A DNA stretch of 63,374 nt, counting the filler, from Trichomonas gallinae (Eukaryota), in assembly GCA_008369845.1 (NCBI GenBank). It is 7 parts of 7 records of this genome, joined end to end, with 100 filler letters (N's around TTAATTAATTAA, not from the genome) between each part and the next. Parts side by side here need not be neighbours in the genome. Positions count along the whole stretch, not along the records: positions 31,509 to 51,895 come from MRSU01000846.1; 6 more parts are not named here. One strand, given 5' to 3'. The notes under the pieces are model-generated. The model was given only the letters and a program-made list of their open reading frames with translations. It was not told where the DNA came from and did not search any database. Positions 33,151 to 44,783 of the stretch are shown here, piece after piece; the first letter of the stretch is position 1, and the number at the start of each line of letters is the position of its first letter. The translations under genes were made by a program, and so were the position numbers.

Positions 33151-33344
33151 TTAATAATTATAATCCAATTGAAGCAACTCGTTTAGCAAAAAATTAGTGA
33201 AAATTTACTTGATATTATTAAATTGATTGCTCTTCCTGAAATCACGCAAGAAGTTCTAATTGAGCAAAAATCAATTATCCAGTGAGTTACTACAAATTCA
33301 AACCAAATTTACTCAATTCTCATTTTCAGGGCAATTTATATCAC

Positions 33345-33465
33345 AACAAATGAATCCTAATCAGTATCAGAACCAATTGAATCCTAATCAATATCAAGGA
33401 CAAATGAATCCTAATCAATTTCAGAGCAAAATGAATCAAAGCAATCCAAATCAAGATCAAAATCA
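33345..33465 (+). repeat. 27-bp tandem repeat encoding Q(M/L)NPNQ(Y/F)
   Basis: TGAATCCTAATCA at 33351, 33378 and 33405, followed by degenerate units. Confidence 0.85.
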
Positions 33466-33769
33466 ATCAATTCCAACTAATAATATGAGTGAGAACGCTC
33501 CTGAGGCACACACAATTAAAGGAGCCATAGTTGCTATTGATGATGATATAGCTCCGAACCAAAGAAAGAATTTATATATTTTTAAATATTTATTTTATTA
33601 TTCTATCTTAGTGTTTTTCAAAATATTTCAGTACGAAATTAGATAATCGTCTGACTTGTAAGAATTAAATAATATAATCAATTAAAGAAATAATAAACAT
33701 ACTATATTTTATAATACACATTTTGATAACAAAACAAAACATATAATACACATAAATGCTGAAATATAA

Positions 33770-34759
33770 TCAGAGCTTAGGCAAGCGAACGTTTCCAGAT
33801 ATTGATCCTCTACGCTTATTAGTAATCGGGCCTTTCGGAATCAAAAGCTTCGATGACAACTTGAGAGCTAATGGCTTTTTCATAATACTTGGCATAAACG
33901 AGCCTTTCGATGCTACCGATACTAATTTATCTTGCGGAATTGAATAATGAGCGAACTGTGATGGAGTATGACCATCAGCAAAAAATTGAGAGTCTCTAAG
34001 CATCAGAGCTGTAGGTCTGTTCTGCGGATTAATATCGATCATTTTTCGAATAAGCGATATGAGGGCAGGATCAACAATGGACTCAAACTGTGGCTCTGAT
34101 CTATTGCCAGATTTGATTTCATCATCGGACCAGGGAAGTTTTCCAAAAGTCATCTGATAAAATGTAACACCTAGGGCGAAAATATCGGCTTTGTATGGGT
34201 CATATGCCTCATCCTTGAGAACTTCGAAAGCTACGTAAGCCAAAGTTCCGCATGCTTTGTCAACTAATTGATGAGGTTTCAAAATTGAACAGAGATTGAA
34301 GTCTGCAAGCTTAGGCCTGCCGTATGCGTCAATGAATATGTTTGATGGCTTTATGTCTCGATGTGCGAATCCCTTGGAATGACATAACGATAAGCCATCT
34401 AAAATATCGTGACCAATATTTTGGATTTGTCTAACAGAGAACGATTTGCCTGCATTTATCATATCTTGTAATGTTCCTCCCGGAAAGAATTCTAAGATTA
34501 AAATGAAATAATCATCTGCGAAAAACTTATCAAAAACGCGAATGATGTTAGGATGATCAAGGTCTGTCAAAGCATTAAACTCAGCATCAACAATAACACC
34601 ATTTTCTGCTACAACTGATGAATCAATTAACGAAACTTTAGCGGCAAATATCTGATTATACTGATGACTTTGCACCATGTAAACAACCGAATAACTTCCC
34701 GAACCAACAACATCAAGAAACGTGTAGTTGTTAATCTCACAAGGAAGTTTCTCAAACAT
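33770..34759 (-). CDS. CAMK-like Ser/Thr kinase with DFN and AFE variants
   Basis: GSGSYS, AAK, HRDIKPSN, DFN (for DFG), YVAFE (for APE), DIFALG; ATG at 34759. Confidence 0.9.
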   Translation of the reverse strand: MFEKLPCEINNYTFLDVVGSGSYSVVYMVQSHQYNQIFAAKVSLIDSSVVAENGVIVDAEFNALTDLDHPNIIRVFDKFFADDYFILILEFFPGGTLQDMINAGKSFSVRQIQNIGHDILDGLSLCHSKGFAHRDIKPSNIFIDAYGRPKLADFNLCSILKPHQLVDKACGTLAYVAFEVLKDEAYDPYKADIFALGVTFYQMTFGKLPWSDDEIKSGNRSEPQFESIVDPALISLIRKMIDINPQNRPTALMLRDSQFFADGHTPSQFAHYSIPQDKLVSVASKGSFMPSIMKKPLALKLSSKLLIPKGPITNKRRGSISGNVRLPKL

Positions 34760-36823
34760 TTCTATTTCTGCCAACTTTTGAAAATGAAATTTTGTAAATC
34801 ATTCAAATTCTTTTTACACTGCGGTTTTATTTTTTTCGATTCTATTTTTTTGAACAATAAACATTTTAAGGAAATTTAATTTAAATGTAAAAATTCTTTT
34901 CTCAATTTTTGACAATTTTCAATTTTACGAAAATATCATCATCAAGAGCATACACTATTAACATAATTTTAATAATCCATTTTGTTATTGTAAAATAAAA
35001 TACGAAAAATATAAATATATGCAACACTTTATCGAAATTTAATGTTAGTAACAAAATTGGATTTTTTAAAAAGTTTACAACCAAAAAATTTATTATACAA
35101 AAAATCCGAATGAACTATATAGTATTAATCAATTTTAGCTGATCACATTCAATTTTAAAGCATTTAAAAATTGAAATGAAAATAATAGGTTTGTTGATTG
35201 ATGTAATAATATGCGTTTTGTATAATAGACATAATTATTTTTATTTCATTTGCAATATTTGAATTACGAAAAAAGGATTATTCTGTGATCTGTCTGTAAT
35301 ATTACAGTGCTATTTCTCACTAGAAAATTGTAAATATCCAAACTTTGATAATTTTTTTTTGCTAAAAATGAAATCTACCATATGTTTTTGGACCTAATTT
35401 ACGAGCATCGATTAATTCAAAGATATACATTACCAAAATACGGTATATTCATTAATACAAAAAATTCTGAATTTAACAATGTTGATTATTCAATATTTAA
35501 CAATACATTCAATGCATAGTTCATGAATGTAGACAAAATAACTTAATGTTATTTCCTCAAAATCATCTTTCAGTAATATTGCTTTAATTCAGATTTAATT
35601 CAGTCAGTGTAATTATGCCATAACTATACATGAGGCTTTGTTTCTTCACTACAGATTAAGATCAAACTCTCTTAATTTTTAGAATAAAAAATCATGCTGA
35701 TAAATTGTGCGATTCTACATTACACATGCATAAGTACATATGAAAAGTGCTATTTTGCATCATATATCATGAAGGAAACACAATTCATAGGTGGAAAATA
35801 ATATCTTCTTTAGATCTGGGAATGCATTCTACAAGAATACGGAAATTTATGGATGCAGATTGAAATCACTGTAAGCCAAAATTGATAATCATAAACTAAG
35901 TGTAATTCTTTGATCACCTTAATTTTAGACTTCTTACTATAATATGATAGGAAATTGAGCAAAAGGGGCTTGATCATGGAACTTTTGTCGGTAAAATGTT
36001 CAAATGATTATTGAAAAAAAAAATCTTATTTTTTCTTTGTAAGTCTTTGCTCCAATGTTCATTATATACAATAGTTTTATAGCACTTATGCAATGTTCTG
36101 TCTTCAATATAAGCGATTTTCATATCAATCCAGTTATCAGGATTTCAAATTTATATCATGCTTGTTGCTAGAGTTTACCTAATCATAGTGGATGCTGAAT
36201 TAGTGCCATCATATAAAAAAATAGAATTTTTGGGCATGATGTTATTGGAATGTTATTAAAACTATTTAAAAAATTATCTTATTTCAAGTTAGGAATAGCA
36301 TAAATGCTTAATGATTTTAGCCTTCATTAATTTCATCCTTAAATTGAATTTTGTCGAATGAATTTATGACTTTGGTTTTTTTAAAAAAATATTTTGGTAT
36401 ATTCTATTAATATTCTGTATATACATCAAATATACAGTACTTTGATTTGACACAGTTTCTTGTGAAAATCCGGTGACAATTGGGATAAAAATGTCACTTT
36501 TGCGGTGATGTTGCCTAATTCTAGATTTAGAATTAGATTAACTATCATATTACAAATCAATATCCGGAATTTTGAATGCCGTTATTTGATAAGGCGGGTG
36601 CAAAAATTGAAAATATCGTTTTTTATTAAATACAAAAATAAATTCATAAACTGCTAGTTATAAATATATGATTTCCGAACACTTTTTGAAAGAACATTGA
36701 ATTTTTTGGAAATGATAAACAATGTCCAGCTATTCATTAACATCTGCATCGAATTATGCTTAATGTATTATTCAAACGTATTGAAATTTTTTCAAAAAAC
36801 GAATTCGGTTCATTTTATTTTTA

Positions 36824-37795
36824 ATGAGGACGAGACTTGCACTTTCAGATAAACCATTTGCAGAATGTTCGACCTATGAACCATTAATGGAAACAACACT
36901 CGCAAAAGACAGTATTAGATGCTTCAGAGCATGTGATAACGTATTATTCCATACAAATGAAGGGATTGAAATTTATGCAACTGTATGGAATTCAACGACA
37001 AATCAATACATTCCTCCAGTTCAACTAATAAATGGCACTGATGCTGTCACGTGCACAGATCAGGATCATCCGGCATGTTATAGAATTATCAATACAAATA
37101 AAGAAAAAGATATCGAATTTAAATTTACAAAAATTTTAACTTCTTCAGGAGAGACCAAAAATTATTACGCAAATTTAGAAAAAGTCAACAAATTCAAAAT
37201 ACAAAGATACCAGGACAAGATAGTCACTTTAACATATATAAACAATCAATTAGATTTTAGTGTCAATTTTAATAATAAACAATCGGAATGCAATATATTA
37301 AAGGATGGTTCCCCTATTACATCTCCTCTTAGAATTGTCAGTGATAATCCTTATGAATTTACCCATATTCATTGTTTTCCTAAAACAAATGGAACGAAAT
37401 GCAAAACATCAATTACTATAGATGGGCTTAATTGCTCAAAGTCTCCTAAGAGTTGCCAAAGTACACCATTTCTAGCAACAATCCCAGCAAAAGATCGAAT
37501 TTTCAATTTCAATCAAGAATTAATTGATAACAATGTTAAAGATTATACCAAATTAATCATTATACTCGTTGTTGTGGGTATTATCTTGATTGCTATAATT
37601 ATTGGAATTATTTTATTGTCCAGAGTTCGGTGCCTATATTGTAAAATCTGTATATGCTGCACAAAGTGTTTGTATAAATGCTGTTGCTGCTGTTGCCGTC
37701 CTTGTTTGAAATCTCTAGAACAGGAACAAGGTGATTTACCATCAGATCCTGGAAAAGATACTGGAAATCAATCTAACCAAGAACCAGGAAAATAA
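36824..37795 (+). CDS. Single-pass membrane protein with Cys-rich juxtamembrane tail
   Basis: Cys-containing N-terminal region, strong TM helix (LIIILVVVGIILIAIIIGIILL), then CLYCKICICCTKCLYKCCCCCCRPC; Inr upstream. Confidence 0.85.
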   Translation: MRTRLALSDKPFAECSTYEPLMETTLAKDSIRCFRACDNVLFHTNEGIEIYATVWNSTTNQYIPPVQLINGTDAVTCTDQDHPACYRIINTNKEKDIEFKFTKILTSSGETKNYYANLEKVNKFKIQRYQDKIVTLTYINNQLDFSVNFNNKQSECNILKDGSPITSPLRIVSDNPYEFTHIHCFPKTNGTKCKTSITIDGLNCSKSPKSCQSTPFLATIPAKDRIFNFNQELIDNNVKDYTKLIIILVVVGIILIAIIIGIILLSRVRCLYCKICICCTKCLYKCCCCCCRPCLKSLEQEQGDLPSDPGKDTGNQSNQEPGK

Positions 37796-38064
37796 TAAAG
37801 ATTAATAGTATACTGATAATATCATTTGATTTTGCGTTGTAGTAAATTTAATGTCCTTATTGCTAAGTAAACACAGAAAATAGTTAATTGGATAATAGTG
37901 ATCATTATATTTTTACTATTTCATCATTTTCTAAATTTGTCTTTACATGTCAAATGTATGCATTACAAATCAAAATATTGTTACTTAATTTAAATATATT
38001 ATATTAATAGGGATGACGATTGTGTAATGTTTTTAAGTAAAATTTTAACTTCATTTTGCATGAA

Positions 38065-39399
38065 ATGGAATATAAAGATCTTGATGAAGACAAAAACCAG
38101 AAAAGTTTAAATGATGATGGTGCGAAATCAGTTATATTGAAAGAAGCAGTTGACGAAAATGTTCTATATGTTCAAAATATCTATAATCAATTGGAATCTA
38201 CCGATTTAAAAATATTACTGGCAAAAATGGAAGAATTCAAAGATGTAATTCGTACAGATAGTCCAGAAATCCTAAAAGTGATACAAGAACTCAATTTTTT
38301 ACCTTTATTATTCAAAATTATCAGCGAAAATACAGATATACAACTCCTTATATATGCAGTTGATAGTTTCAATGTATATGCAATACGTTGGGGCATAGAA
38401 AATGAAGATAATTTCATACAAATTTTTTATCAAATATTTCAATATTTATTTCCAGATAAAATTGAATCATCACCATTGATATTATACATATTAACAGCGA
38501 TTTCAATATGCATTACAGAAGAAAATTATGAAATTCTTGATCCTCAATTTTATTTAGCTTTAAAAGACATTTACATGATAAATGAAGTCTATTCACAGGG
38601 AGTTACTAATTTTTGCTTCCAATATTTATCTACAATCAACTTAATTCAGCATCCAATGGCAGCAGAACTCGCAATTTTTATAATTTCAAAACCAAACGAG
38701 CTAAACGTAGAAATGATTACAAAGATCTTTCATGTCTTGCTAAAGCAAGGATTTCTCACATTTGAAATCGAAGGAATCCCAGAAATATTTGATAATTATT
38801 TTTCATTTCATAACAAAAAATCTCTTAAAGTTCTTTTCACCATCTTATCAGAAATGAATGAAAAAGGTTTCCCATTCATAAAATCAGGCTTTATTAGAGA
38901 AGTTGTAAAAGAAATTATTTTCATCAATGAAACAATCGAAAAGTTTTCGAATTTACAGCATCTTGTTATTGAATCACTAGTAAGAATGATACAAATTGTT
39001 CCATTAACGTTTAGAGACTTGTTTTTAACAAATGAAGATTCAGATTTTATTCATTTACTTGTTTCAGCACTAATGAATGCGAAAACACTACTGAAATCAT
39101 CAATAGCCAAACTTTTCGGATTTGTTTTTGATAGATTTCCGAATTATTTTGAATCTGCAATTATCGAAGGCGACGAAGAAATCATTTCTGGGCTGACTTC
39201 TGTTATTGAATTGGAAGATGATTCCACGGTAATGATAGTCAATGGAATTGTTACATTAATGAACAAAGGTGAAGAAATATATGATGCTTTAAATGAACAT
39301 GGAGTGATGGAAGAAATTGTGAATATGTATGAATCCACAGATAATGAAACCGTTCAACAAGCAATTGAATCGATTATTGAAAAATTCGAAGAAAATTAA
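38065..39399 (+). CDS. Hypothetical acidic alpha-helical (ARM/HEAT-like) protein
   Basis: 444-aa ORF, Inr TCATTTT at 38051, amphipathic helical pattern; fold is a guess. Confidence 0.75.
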   Translation: MEYKDLDEDKNQKSLNDDGAKSVILKEAVDENVLYVQNIYNQLESTDLKILLAKMEEFKDVIRTDSPEILKVIQELNFLPLLFKIISENTDIQLLIYAVDSFNVYAIRWGIENEDNFIQIFYQIFQYLFPDKIESSPLILYILTAISICITEENYEILDPQFYLALKDIYMINEVYSQGVTNFCFQYLSTINLIQHPMAAELAIFIISKPNELNVEMITKIFHVLLKQGFLTFEIEGIPEIFDNYFSFHNKKSLKVLFTILSEMNEKGFPFIKSGFIREVVKEIIFINETIEKFSNLQHLVIESLVRMIQIVPLTFRDLFLTNEDSDFIHLLVSALMNAKTLLKSSIAKLFGFVFDRFPNYFESAIIEGDEEIISGLTSVIELEDDSTVMIVNGIVTLMNKGEEIYDALNEHGVMEEIVNMYESTDNETVQQAIESIIEKFEEN

Positions 39400-41173
39400 T
39401 TGTAAATACAATCATTAGAATCATTTAATGGACGAAAACAAAGGTTTAAGCACTAATTGTTTATTTCAGACATTTTAATCAAAATAATTAATTTAATATT
39501 TCGGAAGATAAGAATTATTCATTGATAATATATCTATTGGCATAGCAATAGTAAATAGAATTATCATGATTGCATAACAACAATAAATTCAAATTTTCAA
39601 ATAATTTCTCGCAAAATAAGAGTATTGCAAGTATATTATGTACGCTTGTAATCATTTTCATTGGTTTGTGATCCCCATTGATACTTTTGGAGATATGCAA
39701 ATCGAAATTTGATATTGTCTATTAGTTGTACCGTTTCAATCATGCTTATATCAATGTCATACAGCAATGATCTATTACACTCATCTGCACAGCCGAAAAT
39801 TTCGATTTCAATAAATTTTTTCAAGCATTAAGTTACGTAATGAAGTTCTGTTATGTTTTTATGAATTTTCATTACATTATCACTTTCACACACATAAATT
39901 ATGGTTTGAAATTTATTAAAGTTTGCATTTCCATAATTTATGCTTGAAAATTTCAAATTAAAATGTTTGAAGTTGATTGTTAATGTACTATGATTCATAT
40001 AATAGAAGAACTCCTCTATAATAACACAAATCTATGAATAACAGTTCTCAACTTCAGAAATAAACGTTAATTTCGAGGTTAAATTTCGAATTAGCATTCA
40101 ATGTCACTTTTCCCATTGATTCATGTCAAAATCATCACCATGATATTTTCAAATTTCCTCTTGGATATAGTATCAGTGAGATATAAGTAATATACTGTAT
40201 CAATATGGGATTTTGAAATGTCATGTTGCACACCATTTTTTTCACAGCATTTTCAAAATATGCTTATTACTGCTTGAAAATATAATAAACAGAAACGCTA
40301 CAAAGTACGCTTATCTTTTATCTTATTCTATCTGCAGAATGATGATTCAAAGTTCCGTGTCGGCATCAACGTGTTTTATAGCGTTAATTCTGTAATTTCT
40401 CTATAAAAATGTTGCTGGTAATAATCCGTTCCTATTTGATTTTAAAATTGAGCACTATTTTATTTTTGTTTAATTATCGCAACATATCAAAAATTGAAAG
40501 CGGTCATAATTCTATTCAGAGCAAAAAGAAGTAATTACTGACCAAATTAATAGGATAACACACTCGCAAGTATACTTCTTTAGTTTTTGCTATATCGATA
40601 CAGATCCTCCTATTTACAATAAAAATTTTTTTGGAAAAGAAATTTTTGAATAAAGAAATTTCATTGAATTGCCATTTTGTAAGTTTGATGTATAAATCTG
40701 CTTGAAATGCATATGCAGGATATATAGTCACGGTGTGGGGTCCAAAATTTTGAAATCAATAGGAAAAAAGGCTTTAGTGGCTTAATTCTTTTTGATCCTC
40801 ATTTAATTTTTGAGAATCGTTTGAAAAATTGGTGAGCTTTTGATTCAAACTCAATAATTTAAGAAGCATCATCTACCATTAAATGATGCTATTCTAATAA
40901 AATGTATTTGTAACGGTGAGTTTACAATTTAAAAAAAAATGATTATATCGTAAAATGACATTGTCGATGAGTTATCAGACATTTTGTTTGGAGTTATATG
41001 TAATAAAATATAATTCTTTTGAGAAGAATTAATTTTGAATCATGTATTATCTATATGTGATGTAGTTCTTTTTTTGGCATTAGCAAAATTAAATGTGTTA
41101 AGAATTTTTTCAATAAGTTTTTTGAAACCATCATCAGTCTTTATTACAGGAAAATTCAAAACAGTCTAACGCT

Positions 41174-41659
41174 ATGAGAAGTCGATGCGAGTTTACTGGC
41201 GAAGAAGACAATATGCTGATGAATCTGGTCGAAGTAATGGGAACTAGTGACTGGCAAGCCATATCCAACAAGATAGAAACAAAATCTGCAAGACAATGTC
41301 GTGAGAGATGGAATAATTATCTATCACCTGCATTAACATCATCTCCGTGGTCTGAAGAAGAGGATGATTTGCTCTTACAACTTTTCGAAAATATTGGACC
41401 AAAATGGACTCAAATAGCTTCATTCTTTAGAAACAGGTCATCGAATGCAGTCAGAAATAGGTTCAGACTCAAACAGAAAAAAGAATTAATGATGATTAAG
41501 AAATACAAATCTGATCAAAAGATGTCAACTGAGTCGAAAAATTCCATAAATGATACAAGCAAGAGTGAGGAAAAGCAATTATTCGAACTATTTGATAACA
41601 TTGATTTTTCACAGGAATTTAATTTTCAGCCCAAAGATTTAGTGATGAGCCATATTTAA
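41174..41659 (+). CDS. R2R3 Myb transcription factor
   Basis: FTGEED...DWQAIS...SARQCRERWNNYLSP...WSEEED...GPKWTQIA...RSSNAVRNRF. Confidence 0.95.
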   Translation: MRSRCEFTGEEDNMLMNLVEVMGTSDWQAISNKIETKSARQCRERWNNYLSPALTSSPWSEEEDDLLLQLFENIGPKWTQIASFFRNRSSNAVRNRFRLKQKKELMMIKKYKSDQKMSTESKNSINDTSKSEEKQLFELFDNIDFSQEFNFQPKDLVMSHI

Positions 41660-43643
41660 AGCATTAGATTATTTCACCATGGTAAACACATGATATACAG
41701 TAATAGTTTTTCAAACATGTACTATTTTCAGATTTCAATTTATATGAAAATAAACATATCCTCACGGCATTTTAAAGTTAACAATAACTCATTCATATAT
41801 ATACAAAATGTACTATCTGTATGAGTATATCTAGATATCGAGATAACAATATTGCGAAAATTTCGAAAATATGTTTTTAGAATTAAACTCATATATAATA
41901 CACATGATAATATAACGGGAATTGTTTTATATCGATATATGTCGATTAAAACTAAAAATTTAGAAAATAAATGATCGAATTCGCACTTAATTTGTTCAAA
42001 ACTGCTTTATAATTGTAAAATATATATACCCATTGTTTAATGATGGTATTTATCAATGTAGATAATCGAAATATAACGAAAAAATTAATAAAATCGAAAA
42101 AATATAACCTTGTACCAAGATTCACACAATAGCTGTCTTTAACATAATTCATTCGTATGCCTTAATCATTTTAGACAATGAAGGAATATTAAAATATAAT
42201 CCTTGATAATTGATGAAGATACTGCCTTTTTGGAGTGATTGTTAGATTATATGAAACATTATAAGATGTATATCAAGTATGAGTAATGAATATTTGCTGT
42301 TTTGCAGAATCATCTCGATAATGAAACAAAGTTGAAGTGAAATTAGGAAATGGATATCATTTTGGTGAGCTATTGGTATTACTTATACTCTTGCTATTGT
42401 TTTAAGTTATTCCTGAACTTTGAAAATAAATTTCGTTTTCATTATTAAACCAACACATCATATTAACAATATTTGAAACGATGTCGAGAAAACGTAAAAA
42501 TCGATGCATTCAATTTTGGAAAGTCATTCAATTATTCTGAATTACAATTTCGAAAGTTTCCATTCAAATTGCTTGGTCTGATAACTTTTGATAGACATCA
42601 CAATTTTTGAGAACTGCGGAATCCTTTTGATGCTTTTATTGATTTTGTGTAAATAATAAAGATTATAATGCAAATATATTGTCAATAAATAAAATATTTA
42701 TCCAATTAAGAGAGTTTTTTCCCAATTCCACATGTGCTGTTAAATCAATATTACTCCATGAAATGCTATTAACCCATCCTGTTTTACCAAGAATTACAAT
42801 TGTATAGAAAATGACAAAAAATTGTGGATCATAAATCTGATAAATTAATTGATATCATAGATTTAACACGCGTCCTAAGTTTTGCTGTTTATATATTTCA
42901 ATTGAGACATAACGATTTTTTACATTTTCAATTTCAATAATTAAGACAGTATCGCTTCGATGTTATAACATAAGTAATATTTTTTTTGTTGAAGTAAAAA
43001 GTATTTCTGTAGGTTGGTTGCGCAAAACGATGTATGCATACATTTATAGGTTTTCGAGTTTTTAGGAATCTTTGTTGTCTAAATTGAACTGTTGGACACT
43101 TTATTCAATATTCTCAAAAACGAATTTTAAAAAGCCGACTTTTCTTATTGAGATAATTATATATCAATGAATACAAATGAAATTGTTTTTTTTTTTCTAA
43201 TAGAATCCGAAATTTCTCTACAGATAAACATAGATACATCATTGGAGCCTCACCATGCGTATTGCAGCCGTTTCTAACAAAATTTAACCTCAATTTACTT
43301 TTTCTTCAAATAAAATACTCATTATAACTATATCTTTTGCAATATAATTAGCTTGACAAGGTTCTATAATAGAGTTTAATGTGGTTTAATGATCTTGCTC
43401 ATTTAAATCTATATTTTTTTATAAAAATTTCATACAAATTAATCATCTTCATGTAAAATTTACGATACAATCAACTTTGTATGCCATTTCCAAACATTAT
43501 TTGGATTATTTTCGATGTTTATTATTCAAATTATTTTTTTTTCAAAAATAGTCGGCTTTTCATCATCTACCCTAAAAATCACACATATTACAAAATATAA
43601 CATGCTTACATTATAATGTTTACATTTCAGATATAAAAACAAT

Positions 43644-44234
43644 TTAATTACAGCAATTTCCATTTGAATTCTCGTTCTTCTTGTTGTCGAGATTAACAGC
43701 ATTTATGTCGAAACCTCTACTCTCGACCATTTCACATAATACATCAAGCAAATTATCAACACCTTCGCCAGTTTTGCTAGAAATATCATAAATATCGTCT
43801 AATTTGAATCGTTTCATTAATTTTTCCTTGTCATATGGACATTTTTCATCTTCCCACATATCTTTATGCGTAGAGACGAAGACTGTTTTGTAATCATTGT
43901 TGGAAGCAATTTTATACCATTCCGGAAGATCATCTATAGATTCTTTAGCGCGCTCGCAGCTTAGGACTGGATTGAAGAATAATAAAGCACAAAGCTGATC
44001 ACGTAAAAAAGGTAATTTACCAGCCATAAGACCTTTTTCACCAACTGTATCCCATATCTGTATTTTGTATGTCTTATTATTATATTCGTACTTAATATTG
44101 ATGCAATTCAAGGCAATGGATGGGTCTCTGTTAGGGTTAAAATTGCGATCACGGGCAAACTCAGCGAATGTGCTTTTACCTGCAGCAGCTCCGCCAATTA
44201 AGCAGAACCTGAAGTCATAATTTTTGGTTGACAT
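43644..44234 (-). CDS. Divergent Rab-like small GTPase
   Basis: GGAAAGKS, IQIWDTVGE, THKD, ISSKTGEGV, C-terminal CCN; TCAC/TCAT-type upstream context. Confidence 0.88.
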   Translation of the reverse strand: MSTKNYDFRFCLIGGAAAGKSTFAEFARDRNFNPNRDPSIALNCINIKYEYNNKTYKIQIWDTVGEKGLMAGKLPFLRDQLCALLFFNPVLSCERAKESIDDLPEWYKIASNNDYKTVFVSTHKDMWEDEKCPYDKEKLMKRFKLDDIYDISSKTGEGVDNLLDVLCEMVESRGFDINAVNLDNKKNENSNGNCCN

Positions 44235-44783
44235 TCATACATATGTCACTTTTCGGTGAAAAAATCCACCAAAATTTTTTGTTGCATGATGTTGTAAGAC
44301 AATAATATCATTCAGCACCTTATTTTATTATTGGAAAGAATTTTTGTCACACATACATAACCAAATAATATGCTGACCTATAAAATATATCATCAAATTT
44401 CAGAGATACATACAATTTGTATATATATCTTTCTTTATATAGAACATTCATTTTATTAGTTTCTCCAAATAATCCACAATCAATTCCTCGAACCAAATTT
44501 ATCGAAATATTTTGTTGGATAAAAGTCAATCATTTCAGCAAATATAATCATGCTTCTAAATACAGAAAATTGTTCTCATAATTAGGATTTTCGATGTCCT
44601 TTCATATTATACCATAGTTTTGTCAAGTATCTGGCTTTCTATAGTGTGACAATAGATATTGTATAATATAAACATTTATGACTTGCAAAATTCAGGTAAC
44701 GATTCATTTATGGGCTTAAAATAATGATAGATAAGAAACAATAATATACAAACATTTATTACATGGAATAGTATAAATTAAAA

